NCBI GenBank assembly: GCA_046716145.1
Contig: JBKJXU010000304.1
Location: forward strand, 1 to 62,836
DNA from: Actinomycetota bacterium
Lineage (GTDB): Bacteria > Actinomycetota > UBA4738 > HRBIN12
Reading direction: 5' to 3'
DNA: 62,836 bases
Below the pieces are notes generated by a model. The model saw nothing but the letters and a program-made list of their open reading frames with translations. It was not told the DNA's origin and did no database searches. Positions 25,690 through 35,765 of this stretch are shown here, piece by piece. A program made the translations under genes and the position numbers. Within the stretch, counting starts at the first letter, position 1. Each line of letters starts with the position of its first letter.

Positions 25690-26874
25690 GTGGACAAGCA
25701 GAAGAACCCGCTCGCTGGGACAGGGGTCGGGGAGCTCGCGGCTCACGGGCAACTATCGCGCCGGCGGTTCCTCGGGATGGCGGGGATGACGCTCGGCGGC
25801 GCCGCACTCGGGAGCGGCTTGCTCGCAGCCTGCGCGCCCGACGAGACGAGCCCTGGCACGACGGGCGGTGGTACCTCGACGCCCGCCGATCTCGGTGACC
25901 GGCTCGTCCTGGTCTCGTGGCCCAACTATCACAACCTAGACAACCTGGCCGCGTTCGAAGCGGCGACGGGCGTCAAGGTCGATCTGAAGGTCTTCGGCTC
26001 CAACGAGGAGATGCTCGCCAAGCTGCAGGTCGGCAGCACCGGCTGGGACGTGTTCGTGCCCACGAACTACGCGGTCCCGACCTACGTCGACCTGGGTCTC
26101 GTCGAGCCATTGGACCTCGGACGGATCAGCTCGTACGACGCGAGCCAGTACGAGGCGCGCTTCTTGGAGGCGTCGCAGGTTCCCGGTGACTCGAACACCT
26201 ACGCCATCCCCAAGAACTGGGGCACCACCGGGTACGCGATATGGACCGACGAGATCACCTCCGACCCGACCTCCTGGAAGGAGTTCTGGGACGGAACGAT
26301 GGGCGACTGGTCAGGCAAGGTCGCGATCCACGACTACATGCTCACGACCATCGGGAACGCGCTCAAGTACTACGGCCACTCGTTCAACTCGATCGACCCG
26401 ACCGAACTGTCGCACGCCGAAGAACTCCTCATCGCGGCCAAGCCGCACCTCTTCGGGATCACGAGCGACTACCAGCCGCCGATGCGGGCGAAGGACGTCT
26501 GGACGACGATGGCGTGGACCGGCGACGCGGCGCAGATGCACCGGGACGAGCCCGCGATCGAGTACGTGCTCGGGACCGAAGGCGGAGAGATCTGGGAGGA
26601 CAACTGGGCCATCGTGGCCGAGTCCACCCGCAAGGACGCGGCCTACGCCTTCCTGCAGTTCATGATCGATCCGCCCGTCGCGGCGAAGGAGACCGAGTTC
26701 CACGGGTACCCGCAGGTGGACGCGCGCGCCACCGCCCTGGTCCCCGAGGAGATCCTGAACAACCCCATCCTCTACCCAGCCGCCGAGTTGATGGCACCGC
26801 TGGAGTTCGGGGCAGCCGCGACGCTCACGAACCCCGACAGGTCGGAGCTGTGGGCAAGGGTGAAGGCAGCCTGA
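25690..26874 (+). CDS. periplasmic substrate-binding protein, PotD/PotF family (Tat/lipoprotein signal)
   Basis: GGAGG Shine-Dalgarno before the GTG start. The signal is SRRRFLGMAGMTLGGAALGSGLLAAC. Confidence 0.8.
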   Translation: MDKQKNPLAGTGVGELAAHGQLSRRRFLGMAGMTLGGAALGSGLLAACAPDETSPGTTGGGTSTPADLGDRLVLVSWPNYHNLDNLAAFEAATGVKVDLKVFGSNEEMLAKLQVGSTGWDVFVPTNYAVPTYVDLGLVEPLDLGRISSYDASQYEARFLEASQVPGDSNTYAIPKNWGTTGYAIWTDEITSDPTSWKEFWDGTMGDWSGKVAIHDYMLTTIGNALKYYGHSFNSIDPTELSHAEELLIAAKPHLFGITSDYQPPMRAKDVWTTMAWTGDAAQMHRDEPAIEYVLGTEGGEIWEDNWAIVAESTRKDAAYAFLQFMIDPPVAAKETEFHGYPQVDARATALVPEEILNNPILYPAAELMAPLEFGAAATLTNPDRSELWARVKAA

Positions 26875-27785
26875 CGACGTCCGAACCCGACCGGCCGGCG
26901 GCGGCGAAGCCGTCGCGAGGCGAACGGGAGGGCGGTCGGTTCTCGACCGCCCTCCTCCTCGCCCCGTCCTCCCTGTGGTTCCTCTTGCTCCTCGTCGCAC
27001 CTGTGGTGATCCTCCTGATCTACAGCGTGGGCGAGCGTGCCCCTGCAGGCGGCTACCAGGCCGCCCTCACGCTGGAGCAATTCGTGAAGCTGCCGACGCG
27101 CGCCGTGGCGTTCCGCAACACGTTCGTGATCGCGCTCGCGAGCACGCTGATCTGCCTGCTCGTCGCGTTCCCGCTGGCGTACTACCTGGCGACGCGCGCC
27201 GCGCGACTCAAGACCGTCCTGCTCGTGCTCGTGGTCGTGCCATTCTGGACGAGCTTCCTGATCCGTACCTATGCGTGGCTCACGATCCTCGGGGGCAACG
27301 GCATCCCGGCACTCGTGCGCAAGCTGGGTCTGGCGGACGATCTCGTCCTGTTGAATACGCGCTTCGCCGTGATGATCGGGATCGTCTACAACTACCTCCC
27401 GCTCATGGTGTTCCCGCTCTACGTGAGCTTGGAGCGGCTGGATAAGCGCCTGCTCGAGGCCTCGAAGGACCTCGGCGCGCCACCCGCCCGGACGCTGCGA
27501 CAGATCACGCTGCCGCTCGCTGCGCCGGGCATCGTCACGGGGTGCCTGCTCGTGTTCATCTTGCTCTCGGGCGAATACGTGATCCCGGCGATGCTCGGCG
27601 GCAACAAGGTGTTCCTGCTCGGCACCGCGTTGGTGGACCTGTTCATCCAGGCCCGAGACTGGCCTCTGGGGTCTGCGGTCGCGATCAGCCTGATAGCGGT
27701 GATGCTGGTGGCGATCGGCGTGTCGATGCGCCTGACGTCGAGATGGACCCGCGGTGCGTCGCGCGACGACGTGTCGCTGATCTGA
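26850..27785 (+). CDS. ABC transporter permease, PotB-like
   Basis: Six TM helices and an EAA-loop region (LEASKDLGAPPARTLRQITLPL). The start is uncertain; the GTG at 26850 overlaps the upstream gene. Confidence 0.75.
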   Translation: MGKGEGSLTTSEPDRPAAAKPSRGEREGGRFSTALLLAPSSLWFLLLLVAPVVILLIYSVGERAPAGGYQAALTLEQFVKLPTRAVAFRNTFVIALASTLICLLVAFPLAYYLATRAARLKTVLLVLVVVPFWTSFLIRTYAWLTILGGNGIPALVRKLGLADDLVLLNTRFAVMIGIVYNYLPLMVFPLYVSLERLDKRLLEASKDLGAPPARTLRQITLPLAAPGIVTGCLLVFILLSGEYVIPAMLGGNKVFLLGTALVDLFIQARDWPLGSAVAISLIAVMLVAIGVSMRLTSRWTRGASRDDVSLI

Positions 27786-27792
27786 GGACGCG

Positions 27793-28665
27793 ATGGCTGC
27801 GAAGACCGCCAGGAGCCGAGACCGCGCCGACCGAGCCCTCGGCATCTACGCGGTGTCCGTCTTCGCCTTCCTCTACGTGCCCATCCTCACCGTCGTGGTG
27901 CTCTCGTTCAACGCGGGGATGCACGCCACCGACCTCCGCGGCTTCTCCACGAAGTGGTACGCGGAAGCGTGGACCGATCCGTTCGTCACCGAAGCACTCC
28001 GCAACTCCTTGTTCATCGCCTCGATCACCGCGGTGCTCGCCACGGTGTTCGGCACGATGGCCGCCCTCGCGCTGCAACGGGTCCGCGGGTGGTTGCGGGT
28101 CGTGTTCGACGGGCTCATCTACGCAGCGATCCTGGTGCCGGGCATCGTGATCGGGATCGCGACGCTCATCTTCGTGGTCCTGGCGTTCGACTGGCTGAAC
28201 GACTGGATCGCGTACCTGTGGCCTGGTTCGGGCGCGGCACCGCAGCTGGCGCTCGGCCGGCTCACCGTGATCGCGGCGCACACGCTGTTCACGATGGCGC
28301 TCGTGATCGTGCTCGTGCGCGCGCGAGCTGCCGGTATGGACCGGAGCTTGATCGAGGCGAGCGGAGACCTGGGTGCCACGCCGTGGGGAACGTTCCGCCA
28401 AGTGACCTTCCCGCAGCTGTTCCCGGCGATCCTGGCGGGGTTCCTCCTGGCCTTCACGTTCAGCTTCGACGACTTCATCATCGCGCTGTTCGTGGCCGGT
28501 CCCGATAACACCCTGCCCTTGTACGTGTTCTCCTCGATCCGGCGCGGCGTAACGCCCGCGATCAACGCGATCGCGTCGGTGATGCTGGCGGTCACGCTCA
28601 CGTTCCTGTTCGTGGCGCAGACGATCCTTCGCCGGCATAGCCGCCGAACCACCGTCGGTGGCTAG
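27793..28665 (+). CDS. ABC transporter permease, PotC-like
   Basis: EAA loop IEASGDLGATPWGTFRQVTFP and six TM helices. Confidence 0.85.
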   Translation: MAAKTARSRDRADRALGIYAVSVFAFLYVPILTVVVLSFNAGMHATDLRGFSTKWYAEAWTDPFVTEALRNSLFIASITAVLATVFGTMAALALQRVRGWLRVVFDGLIYAAILVPGIVIGIATLIFVVLAFDWLNDWIAYLWPGSGAAPQLALGRLTVIAAHTLFTMALVIVLVRARAAGMDRSLIEASGDLGATPWGTFRQVTFPQLFPAILAGFLLAFTFSFDDFIIALFVAGPDNTLPLYVFSSIRRGVTPAINAIASVMLAVTLTFLFVAQTILRRHSRRTTVGG

Positions 28666-28708
28666 CGGCTCTCGATCTGCGCACCGAAACCCACAGCGGA
28701 CCGCCGAC

Positions 28709-29092
28709 CTACCCGAGGAAGGCGTCGACGGCGGCCTGATCCTCACTGAGGAGCCAGAACTCCGAGATCTTGCCGTCGGTGAAGTGGCACACGAACGTGT
28801 CGCTCGAGTCCAAGGTCTCGTCACCGCGCTTGTAGTGGGAACGCTGCAGGTTGACGCCGTGCTCGTCATCCGCGAAGTACGCGTGCGGCTCGAAGGTGTA
28901 CTCAGGCGTGCGCTCCATGAAGCGCGTGAACAGCTCGACGAACTGATCCTTGCCTTTGTGCACGCCGGCGAAGGAACTCTTCCCCGTGATGTGGATCACC
29001 ACATCGTCGGTGAAGGAACCGATGAACGTCTCCATGTCCCCTCGGGCCTGCGCCTCATCGCCGTCGCGCAGCAGCTTCTCGTTCGGGTGCAT
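28709..29092 (-). CDS. SnoaL-like / NTF2-fold protein
   Basis: Starts at MHPNEKLL after a GGGAGG Shine-Dalgarno. The sequence continues DDVVIHITGKSSFAGVHKGKDQFVELF. Confidence 0.65.
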   Translation of the reverse strand: MHPNEKLLRDGDEAQARGDMETFIGSFTDDVVIHITGKSSFAGVHKGKDQFVELFTRFMERTPEYTFEPHAYFADDEHGVNLQRSHYKRGDETLDSSDTFVCHFTDGKISEFWLLSEDQAAVDAFLG

Positions 29093-29201
29093 CCGTGCCT
29101 CCCTTCGAACGGCCTTCACCGACCCTACTCCCGAGGTGACCATCCGGGCAAGGCGACCACGGATCGCCAACCTGCGTCCAAGGAGTAGGGAGGCGTCCGG
29201 C

Positions 29202-32200
29202 CTACGACCCGGTGGCGAGTCCTCGGGTCTGGGTGGCGTGCCACTGCATGCCCATCGCCTCGAACCGGTCGACCGCCTGCGCGAAGAGGCTCCCGTCCCC
29301 CCGGGCGAAGCCGAGGGCGCGAAGCGCGAACGGCTCTATGTAGCCGCCCAACGCGGCCAGCGGGGGGGCCTCCTCCTCGATCTCAGCCCGGCGATCGAGC
29401 GCGATCAGCGCTTCGAGCCTGGTGACATGACCCTCCACGTCACCGAGGCCTTCAGGGGCCCACTCCTGCAGCTTCCGTTCCACCTCGCCTCGGTCGCCCC
29501 GAGCGACGGCGATGTCGATCTCGATGGGCACGAGCCACGCTCCGAATCCCTCGAAGCCGAGTGCGGCCGCTCGCTGCTCCAGCCGATGAGCTTCGGACTC
29601 ATCACCGAGGTGCACGTGGGCGAGGGCGCACGTCAGGAGCGCCACGGGTCCGAGCAGGCACGGCGTGGCCTCGCTCGCCGCGACGGCTCCTTCCGCCCGC
29701 GGCGTGAGGTCACGCACGAGTTCCCATCTACCGCTCAGTCCTGCGACCCGGACGTGTCCTGCTGCCGCGTGCAGCCGGTGGTGAGGCGAGAGGGTGCCGG
29801 TGACCACATCGAACGCGTCACGGAGCGCTCGCGCTTCCTCGAACCTCCCCGCGAAGATGTACGCGTCGGTCGAGTAGCCGTAGACCATCGCGACGTCGTC
29901 GGGGTCGGACAGGTGGGGCACCAGTTCCTGCCGGCGTCGCGCCCATACGAACGCCTCCTCGTAGGCGCCGCGAGCCAGCGCCTCGTTCGAGCGCGCGTCT
30001 ATGCAGAACGAGCGGAGTTGGATGTCCTCCAGGCGTTCGGCGATGGCGGAGGCCTCCTCGACGAGGTCGGCCGAGCCCGCAGGCTCGCCGTAGGATCGAG
30101 CGATCAGCGCCTTCGCCCGCGCCACCGTTCCTGGTTCGGCGACCTCGAGCGCGCGGTCGATCCATCCCTCGACCAGATCGCCCGCGAGCCGTCGCAGCCA
30201 CATCCCGCCTCGCAGCCGCGCCTGGAAGCCGAGCTCGGCATAGAGATCCGCCTCGGTCGCACGATCGTCGACCAGAGCGAGCGCCTCCAACATGGCCTCG
30301 CGGAATGCCTCGCCGTCGTACTTGAGGATGTTGGCCCGACCGATGTCGCGCCACAGCGCCCCACGGCGTTGCCGGTCGGTCTCCAGCTCGAGCGCTCGAT
30401 GGAGCAGCTCGAGTCCGTCATCGATCTCCATCCGCCCGACCGAGAGCTCGGCCGCACGCCCCAGCCACGTGAGCGCGGCGGCCCGCAGTTCGTCGAGCTC
30501 AGCCTCCTCGCCGGCCCAGGCTAGATCCGCGTCCTCGGGCGCCACCGCTTCCGCCAGGTGGTGGGCAAGGAGCGACGCGAATTCGTCCGTCGCCCCGGAG
30601 GTTCGCTCCAGCCAGCGTGCGAACCCCGCGTGCATCCGCGCCCGCGTGCCCTTGGTCAGGCTCGCGTACGCGACCTCACGCGTCAGGGCGTGCTTGATCG
30701 CGTACTCGCGATCGCCCACGAGCGTGGACCCAGCGCGGCGGCGGATGAGGTCACGCTCCTCCAGGATCCCGAGATCGGGCGAAGCGTCGCCGACGAGGTC
30801 ATAGACGGGACCGGCCCAGAAGATACGGCCGATCACGGACGCGGCCTGCAGGGCGCTCTTCTCGGCTGACTCGAGGAGATCGATGCGCGAGGCGATCACC
30901 GCCTGCACCGTGTCCGGCACCGTGAAGTCGTCCGGTAACTCGGCGAGAGACCAGGCCCCGTCCTGCTTCCTGAGCAGCCCCCGGTCGAGCAGCGTCCCCA
31001 GCAGTTCCTCGACGAAGAACGGGTTCCCCTCCGCGCGCTGGATCACGACCTCGCCGAGCCCGCCTGGGAGCGCTCCGCCGATCAACGCGTCGAGCATGCC
31101 GGCGGTGTCCTCGGGCGAGAGCGCCTCGAGCGCCACCACCGCACCGGCGACCCGCCCGCCCCAACCGGGGCGGCGCTCTACGAACTCGGGCCTGGCGGTC
31201 GCGATCACCATCAGCGGGGCCCTCACGTCGCGCAGGATGCGTTCCAGGAGATCGAGCAAGGGCTCCTCGCCCCAGTGAAGGTCCTCGATGAGCATCACCG
31301 TGGTCCGGGCCTCCGCGACCTCGGTCAGGAAGTCGACCCACGAATCTTGGAACCGATCCCGCGCGGCCAGCGGGTGCAGATCCTGCGCCACGTCCATCCC
31401 GAGGGTGAGCCCCAAGATGTCACGCTCCTCCAGACGCGCACGCACGACCGATGGTGGGTCCGATTCGAGGACGCCGAGGTGCTCCTTGAGCACCTCCGCC
31501 AGCGGCCAGTACGCGACACCCTTCCCGTAGGACAGGCACCGTCCGGTGCGTCGGAGCGGCTCGGGCGAGCGAGCGCCGAGCCGTTCCCAGAATTCTCGGA
31601 TCAGGCGGGTCTTGCCCACGCCCGCGTCTCCGAAGATCGTCACCAGCCGCGGCTCTCGCGAACGCTCCACCTCCTCGTAGAGGCCCTCGAGCGTGGCCAT
31701 CTCGTCGTCGCGGCCCACGAACGCCCGCCCGAGCCCGGCGACCCCGCGCGGGCGCATGAGCGAGAGCGCGCGCAAGAGCCGCCGGCACGCGACGCCGTCC
31801 GGTTTGCCTTTCGCTTCGACCGTCCGCGGTTCTGCGAACTCGAACGCCCCTTTCGCGGCCGCGACCGTGCGCTCCCCCACGAGGATCTCGCCGGGGCCGG
31901 CGCCCTGTTCGAGCCGTGCCGCGACGTTCACGGCATCACCGGAGACGAACGAACTCCCCTCGCGGGGTCTGCCCGCGACGACGTCGCCCGTGTTGACACC
32001 GATCCGAAGAGCCAGGGCCCCGCCGAAGAGGTCGGTGAGCCGCCGCTGCATCGCCAGCGCGGCATGCAACGCCCGCTCGGCGTGGTCCTCGAGCGAGGTC
32101 GGGGCCCCGAAGGCAGCCATCACGGCGTCGCCCGCGAACTTCTCCACGGTCCCGCCGGCCGACTCGATCTCCTGGGACATCGCGTCGTAGAAGCGCTCGA

Positions 32201-32387
32201 GGACGGCGCGGGTCCGCTCCGGATCCTGCGATCCGGCGAGCGCGGTCGAGCCGACCAGGTCGGCGAAGATCACCGTCGCCAGCTTCCGCTCGCCCGCGGG
32301 CTCCGCAGGTCCCACAGGCGCAGCACACGACGGGCAGAACTGTGCCGCGGGCGGAAGGACGGCGCCGCATGAAGAGCAGATGGCCAT
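29202..32387 (-). CDS. zinc-ribbon + class III adenylate/guanylate cyclase + AAA/NTPase + TPR large regulator
   Basis: The N-terminus is CSSCGAVLPPAAQFCPSC. The cyclase domain is ATVIFADLVGST...KFAGDAVMAAFG...RIGVNTGDVV. The P-loop is GDAGVGKTRL, followed by a long helical-repeat C-terminus. Confidence 0.85.
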   Translation of the reverse strand: MAICSSCGAVLPPAAQFCPSCAAPVGPAEPAGERKLATVIFADLVGSTALAGSQDPERTRAVLERFYDAMSQEIESAGGTVEKFAGDAVMAAFGAPTSLEDHAERALHAALAMQRRLTDLFGGALALRIGVNTGDVVAGRPREGSSFVSGDAVNVAARLEQGAGPGEILVGERTVAAAKGAFEFAEPRTVEAKGKPDGVACRRLLRALSLMRPRGVAGLGRAFVGRDDEMATLEGLYEEVERSREPRLVTIFGDAGVGKTRLIREFWERLGARSPEPLRRTGRCLSYGKGVAYWPLAEVLKEHLGVLESDPPSVVRARLEERDILGLTLGMDVAQDLHPLAARDRFQDSWVDFLTEVAEARTTVMLIEDLHWGEEPLLDLLERILRDVRAPLMVIATARPEFVERRPGWGGRVAGAVVALEALSPEDTAGMLDALIGGALPGGLGEVVIQRAEGNPFFVEELLGTLLDRGLLRKQDGAWSLAELPDDFTVPDTVQAVIASRIDLLESAEKSALQAASVIGRIFWAGPVYDLVGDASPDLGILEERDLIRRRAGSTLVGDREYAIKHALTREVAYASLTKGTRARMHAGFARWLERTSGATDEFASLLAHHLAEAVAPEDADLAWAGEEAELDELRAAALTWLGRAAELSVGRMEIDDGLELLHRALELETDRQRRGALWRDIGRANILKYDGEAFREAMLEALALVDDRATEADLYAELGFQARLRGGMWLRRLAGDLVEGWIDRALEVAEPGTVARAKALIARSYGEPAGSADLVEEASAIAERLEDIQLRSFCIDARSNEALARGAYEEAFVWARRRQELVPHLSDPDDVAMVYGYSTDAYIFAGRFEEARALRDAFDVVTGTLSPHHRLHAAAGHVRVAGLSGRWELVRDLTPRAEGAVAASEATPCLLGPVALLTCALAHVHLGDESEAHRLEQRAAALGFEGFGAWLVPIEIDIAVARGDRGEVERKLQEWAPEGLGDVEGHVTRLEALIALDRRAEIEEEAPPLAALGGYIEPFALRALGFARGDGSLFAQAVDRFEAMGMQWHATQTRGLATGS

Positions 32388-32486
32388 CGCAGCGAATCCT
32401 AGGCGGGGCTCCTTCACGGCGCCACCCGAACCGTCGATCTACCGGTTCGCGACCGCCCCGGGCTACAGTCGCCCTCCACCAACGAG

Positions 32487-33665
32487 ATGGAGGACCCGAT
32501 GGGTGAGGAGCGTTTCGCGACCGAAACCAAGCTGTACATGGGGCCGTGGTACCGGCGGTCCCCGTACTTCGAGGCCACGGTGCGGGCCGGAGCCAAGTCC
32601 TACGACGTTTACAACCACACGCTGCTCCCCGGGTACTACGACGACCCGAACGTGGAGTACGAGCACCTGCTCTCAAGCGTGGTCGTGTGGGACGTCGGCG
32701 CCGAGTGGACCATCGAGGTCAGCGGCCCCGACGCCGATCGCCTGATCGACATGATCACCTGCCGCGACCTGACGAAGTGCGCGGTGGGACAGGCCAAGTA
32801 CATGCTGGTGACCGCTCGCGACGGCGGCATCGTGAACGACCCGGTGCTGCTGCACGTGGACGAGGGTCGTTGGTGGATGCAGCTCGCCGACTCCGACGCG
32901 GGTCTTTACGCACTGGGCGTCGCCACGGGCCTCGGCCTGGACGTGAACGTCTTCCACCCCGACGTCTACCCGATGCAGGTCCAGGGTCCGGCCTCGGCGA
33001 AGACGCTCGAGAAGCTGGTGGGGCCGTCGATCTACGACCTCAAGTACTACTTCTGCGGGCGGTTCGAGATCAAGGGCATGCCGGTGGTGATCAGCCGGAC
33101 CGGGTTCACCGCCGCACCCGGCTTCGAGGTCAACTGCCTCGACTTCGCCCAGGGCGACGCGCTCTGGAGGGCGGTGCTCGAGGCAGGCGAGGAGTTCGGG
33201 ATCCGCGTCGCAGCGCCGAGCATGGCCAAGCGGGTGGAGGCCGGGATGATGAACCACGGCTCCGACATGACGATCGAGAACAACCCGTTCCAGATCTCGG
33301 GGCTGGAGCGACTGGTCGAGGAGCAGCCGCAGGACTACATCGGCAAAGAGGCGCTCGAGCGGATCCGCCGCGAGGGCGTCACGCAGAAGCTGGTGGGGAT
33401 CGAGTTCGAGGGCGGTGGGTTCGACATCGACCCCGCGAACTTCTGGACGGTGTTCCACGACGGGGAGGAGGTCGGGCGGGTCACCGACGCCGTCTGGTCG
33501 CCCCGGCTCGAACGCAACATCGGCTACGTCTGGGTTCCTATCGCGCTGGCCGAACCAGGGATCAAGCTCGACGTCGAGTCACAGCACGGTCCGCTGGTCG
33601 GCACGACCGCAGCCATCCCGTTCGTCGACCCGAAGAAGCAGGTTCCGGCGGCGGCGCTCAGATAG
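32487..33665 (+). CDS. aminomethyltransferase (GcvT) family protein, probable THF-dependent demethylase
   Basis: GcvT-fold segments are WDVGAEWTIEVSGPDADRLI, QAKYMLVTARDGGIVND and VISRTGFTAAPGFEV. No gcvH or gcvP is nearby. Confidence 0.7.
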   Translation: MEDPMGEERFATETKLYMGPWYRRSPYFEATVRAGAKSYDVYNHTLLPGYYDDPNVEYEHLLSSVVVWDVGAEWTIEVSGPDADRLIDMITCRDLTKCAVGQAKYMLVTARDGGIVNDPVLLHVDEGRWWMQLADSDAGLYALGVATGLGLDVNVFHPDVYPMQVQGPASAKTLEKLVGPSIYDLKYYFCGRFEIKGMPVVISRTGFTAAPGFEVNCLDFAQGDALWRAVLEAGEEFGIRVAAPSMAKRVEAGMMNHGSDMTIENNPFQISGLERLVEEQPQDYIGKEALERIRREGVTQKLVGIEFEGGGFDIDPANFWTVFHDGEEVGRVTDAVWSPRLERNIGYVWVPIALAEPGIKLDVESQHGPLVGTTAAIPFVDPKKQVPAAALR

Positions 33666-34531
33666 GGAGGCGGAACGCGCGCCACTCGATCTCGAACTCG
33701 GGCTCGACGGGTCGGTCCAGACGACCGATATGGCGGCGGGCCCAGCGGTCGACCTTGCGGACCGCACGCCGGCGCGTGGCCGGGGATGCAGCCCAGGTCC
33801 ACGTGTAGAGGCCCCGCTCCATGTTCCGCAGGAACGCCGCGATCGTGAGCGTCCGGCGCCCACGGACCGCGGGAAGCACGTGACCGGTCGCTCCGTTTGC
33901 GGAGCCATCGCCCGCTCCAGACTCTCGGGGTCATCGGGGCGGAGCCCGACCGCGATGGGGAGATCCCCTGCTGCCGCGAGGAGGCGCTCCTGCAGCGTGT
34001 GATACAGCCCGGTGTAGTCAGTGATGCTGACGAGGAACGTCCCTCCGGGCTGCAGGACACGGACCGCCTCGGTCAACACCCCGCGCCAGTCGTGGATCAG
34101 ATGCAACACGTGTCGCATGACCAGTCCGTCGAAAGCGTCGTCGGCGAAGGGCAACGCGGTGGCGTCCGCTACGGCGAGGGGGATCGACATCCCCTCCTCC
34201 AGTGCTTTCGCACCCAGCCGCTGCAGCATCCCTTCGGACAGATCGATGCCCGTCGTCGATGCGCCCGTCCGAGCGAGCGGCACCGTCACGAGTCCCGTGC
34301 CCGCACCGACATCCAGCACCTGGTTGGCACCTCGTAGTTCCCCGTAGAGCAAGCGCGCGGTATCTGCTTGGACCTGGGGCGAGAGGCCTCTCGTCTCGTC
34401 GCGTAATACCCGACGGCGTGATCGAGATCGACGGATCCACCGGCCGCTGCCACGAGGTCCCGCGTCTGGGGCCGACCCGGCGCGCGGCGCCCGAAGGCAC
34501 CGGCGCTCGGCGGATCTTGGGTCGTGCTCAT
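33658..34531 (-). pseudogene. class I SAM-dependent methyltransferase with two apparent frameshifts
   Basis: Three frames must be joined. These are MSTTQDPPSAGAFG...DLDHAVGYY, then DETRGLSPQ...VLDVGAGTGL...LQPGGTFLV...ERAMA, then TGHVLPAVRGRRTLTIAAFLRNMERGLYTWTW...EIEWRAFRLP. Confidence 0.65.
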
Positions 34532-34633
34532 CAAGCCACACCGTACCGGATGGGCAACTGCTGCTCTCTCGAGCACTTCCGCTGACGACGGTGGGCGACC
34601 TACCTCCGGTAGCGGCGGATCTTCAGGCGGCCC

Positions 34634-35044
34634 TCAGTCGTAAGACCACCCGACGGCATCGTTGGGGACGGCGATCGACGCATGGGTCTGCACGGATCTC
34701 CGATCGTCTCCTTCTCGGTGGAACACGGCGCTCCACCGAGGGGAGACGTACCCGCCGTCGGGAAGCATGATCCTGACGCGCGATGTGGCCCAACCGACCG
34801 TCCCCTCCACGAAGGCTTCCGTCTCCGATGGAGTGAACGTGGCGTTGCCGGCAGAACGCTCCGCTTCGCCGCGCAAGAAGGCGGCGACCGCCTCGCCACC
34901 ACGGAGATACTCGTCCGGGTCGCTGCCGATCAGCCGGTTGCTGGCGTCGCTCGATACATGGCGCTCGACGAGCGATGCATCGCCCGCCGAAGCCGCCCCG
35001 AACCATGCCGCGACCAGTTCCTCGAGTTCCACCGAACGCGCCAC
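34634..35044 (-). CDS. SnoaL-like / DUF4440 (NTF2-fold) protein
   Basis: The 136-aa product contains WFGAASAGDASLVERHVS...SPRWSAVFHREGDDRRSVQTHASI. Confidence 0.6.
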   Translation of the reverse strand: MARSVELEELVAAWFGAASAGDASLVERHVSSDASNRLIGSDPDEYLRGGEAVAAFLRGEAERSAGNATFTPSETEAFVEGTVGWATSRVRIMLPDGGYVSPRWSAVFHREGDDRRSVQTHASIAVPNDAVGWSYD

Positions 35045-35069
35045 TCCGCATCCCCCTCTCGGCCCGCTG

Positions 35070-35654
35070 TCACGGAGCCGCGCCGGCGGATCCTACCCCG
35101 TCACGGGGGGAACGTTCGCGCCACCGCTGCGCGGTGATGGCGTAGACGACGGCGTGGAACACCTGACCGTCGTCCTGCACCTCGGCCTCGTGGTCGAAGG
35201 CCATCCCGAGGCGGCCCATGACCGCGAGGCTCCGCACGTTCGGTCGATCCGTGATCGAGATGACGCGCGGCAGATCCCTCGCGCCGAAGGCGTGGTCCAG
35301 CCAGGCCGTCGCGGCCTCCGTCGCGTACCCATGGCCCCAGTGCTCATAGGCGAGGCGCCAGGCGACCTCGACCTCGTCGGGATAGGAGGACTGGTGGTGC
35401 AGGCCGCACATCCCGAGGAAGACGCCATCCTCGCGCCTTTCGACCGCGAGGAGGCCGATCCCTTCGCGTTCGTACGTCTCCTGAGCCCACTCCGCGATCG
35501 CATCGGAGTGTTCCCGCGTCAGCGGTCCCCCCAACCATCCGGCGACCTGGGGGTCGGCGTTGAGGGCGGCGTAGTGCGGCAGGTCATCGCGGCGGAACGT
35601 ACGGAGCGCGAGCCGGGGAGTCTTCAAGATGTTCGTCCCGGTCCACTCCACCAT
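35070..35654 (-). CDS. GNAT N-acetyltransferase (RimJ/RimL-like)
   Basis: Starts at MVEWTGTNILKTPRLALRTFRRDDLP. The core is WGHGYATEAATAWLDHAF. Confidence 0.75.
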   Translation of the reverse strand: MVEWTGTNILKTPRLALRTFRRDDLPHYAALNADPQVAGWLGGPLTREHSDAIAEWAQETYEREGIGLLAVERREDGVFLGMCGLHHQSSYPDEVEVAWRLAYEHWGHGYATEAATAWLDHAFGARDLPRVISITDRPNVRSLAVMGRLGMAFDHEAEVQDDGQVFHAVVYAITAQRWRERSPRDGVGSAGAAP

Positions 35655-35765
35655 GTGTTCGGCCTCTCGCCTGCCTCGACCGCACGCTACCGGGATCGTC
35701 TGGTCGGGGGCAGTGCACGACCGAGGCACGTTATCGTTCGGTCATGACGAAGACTGGTCCATGAC

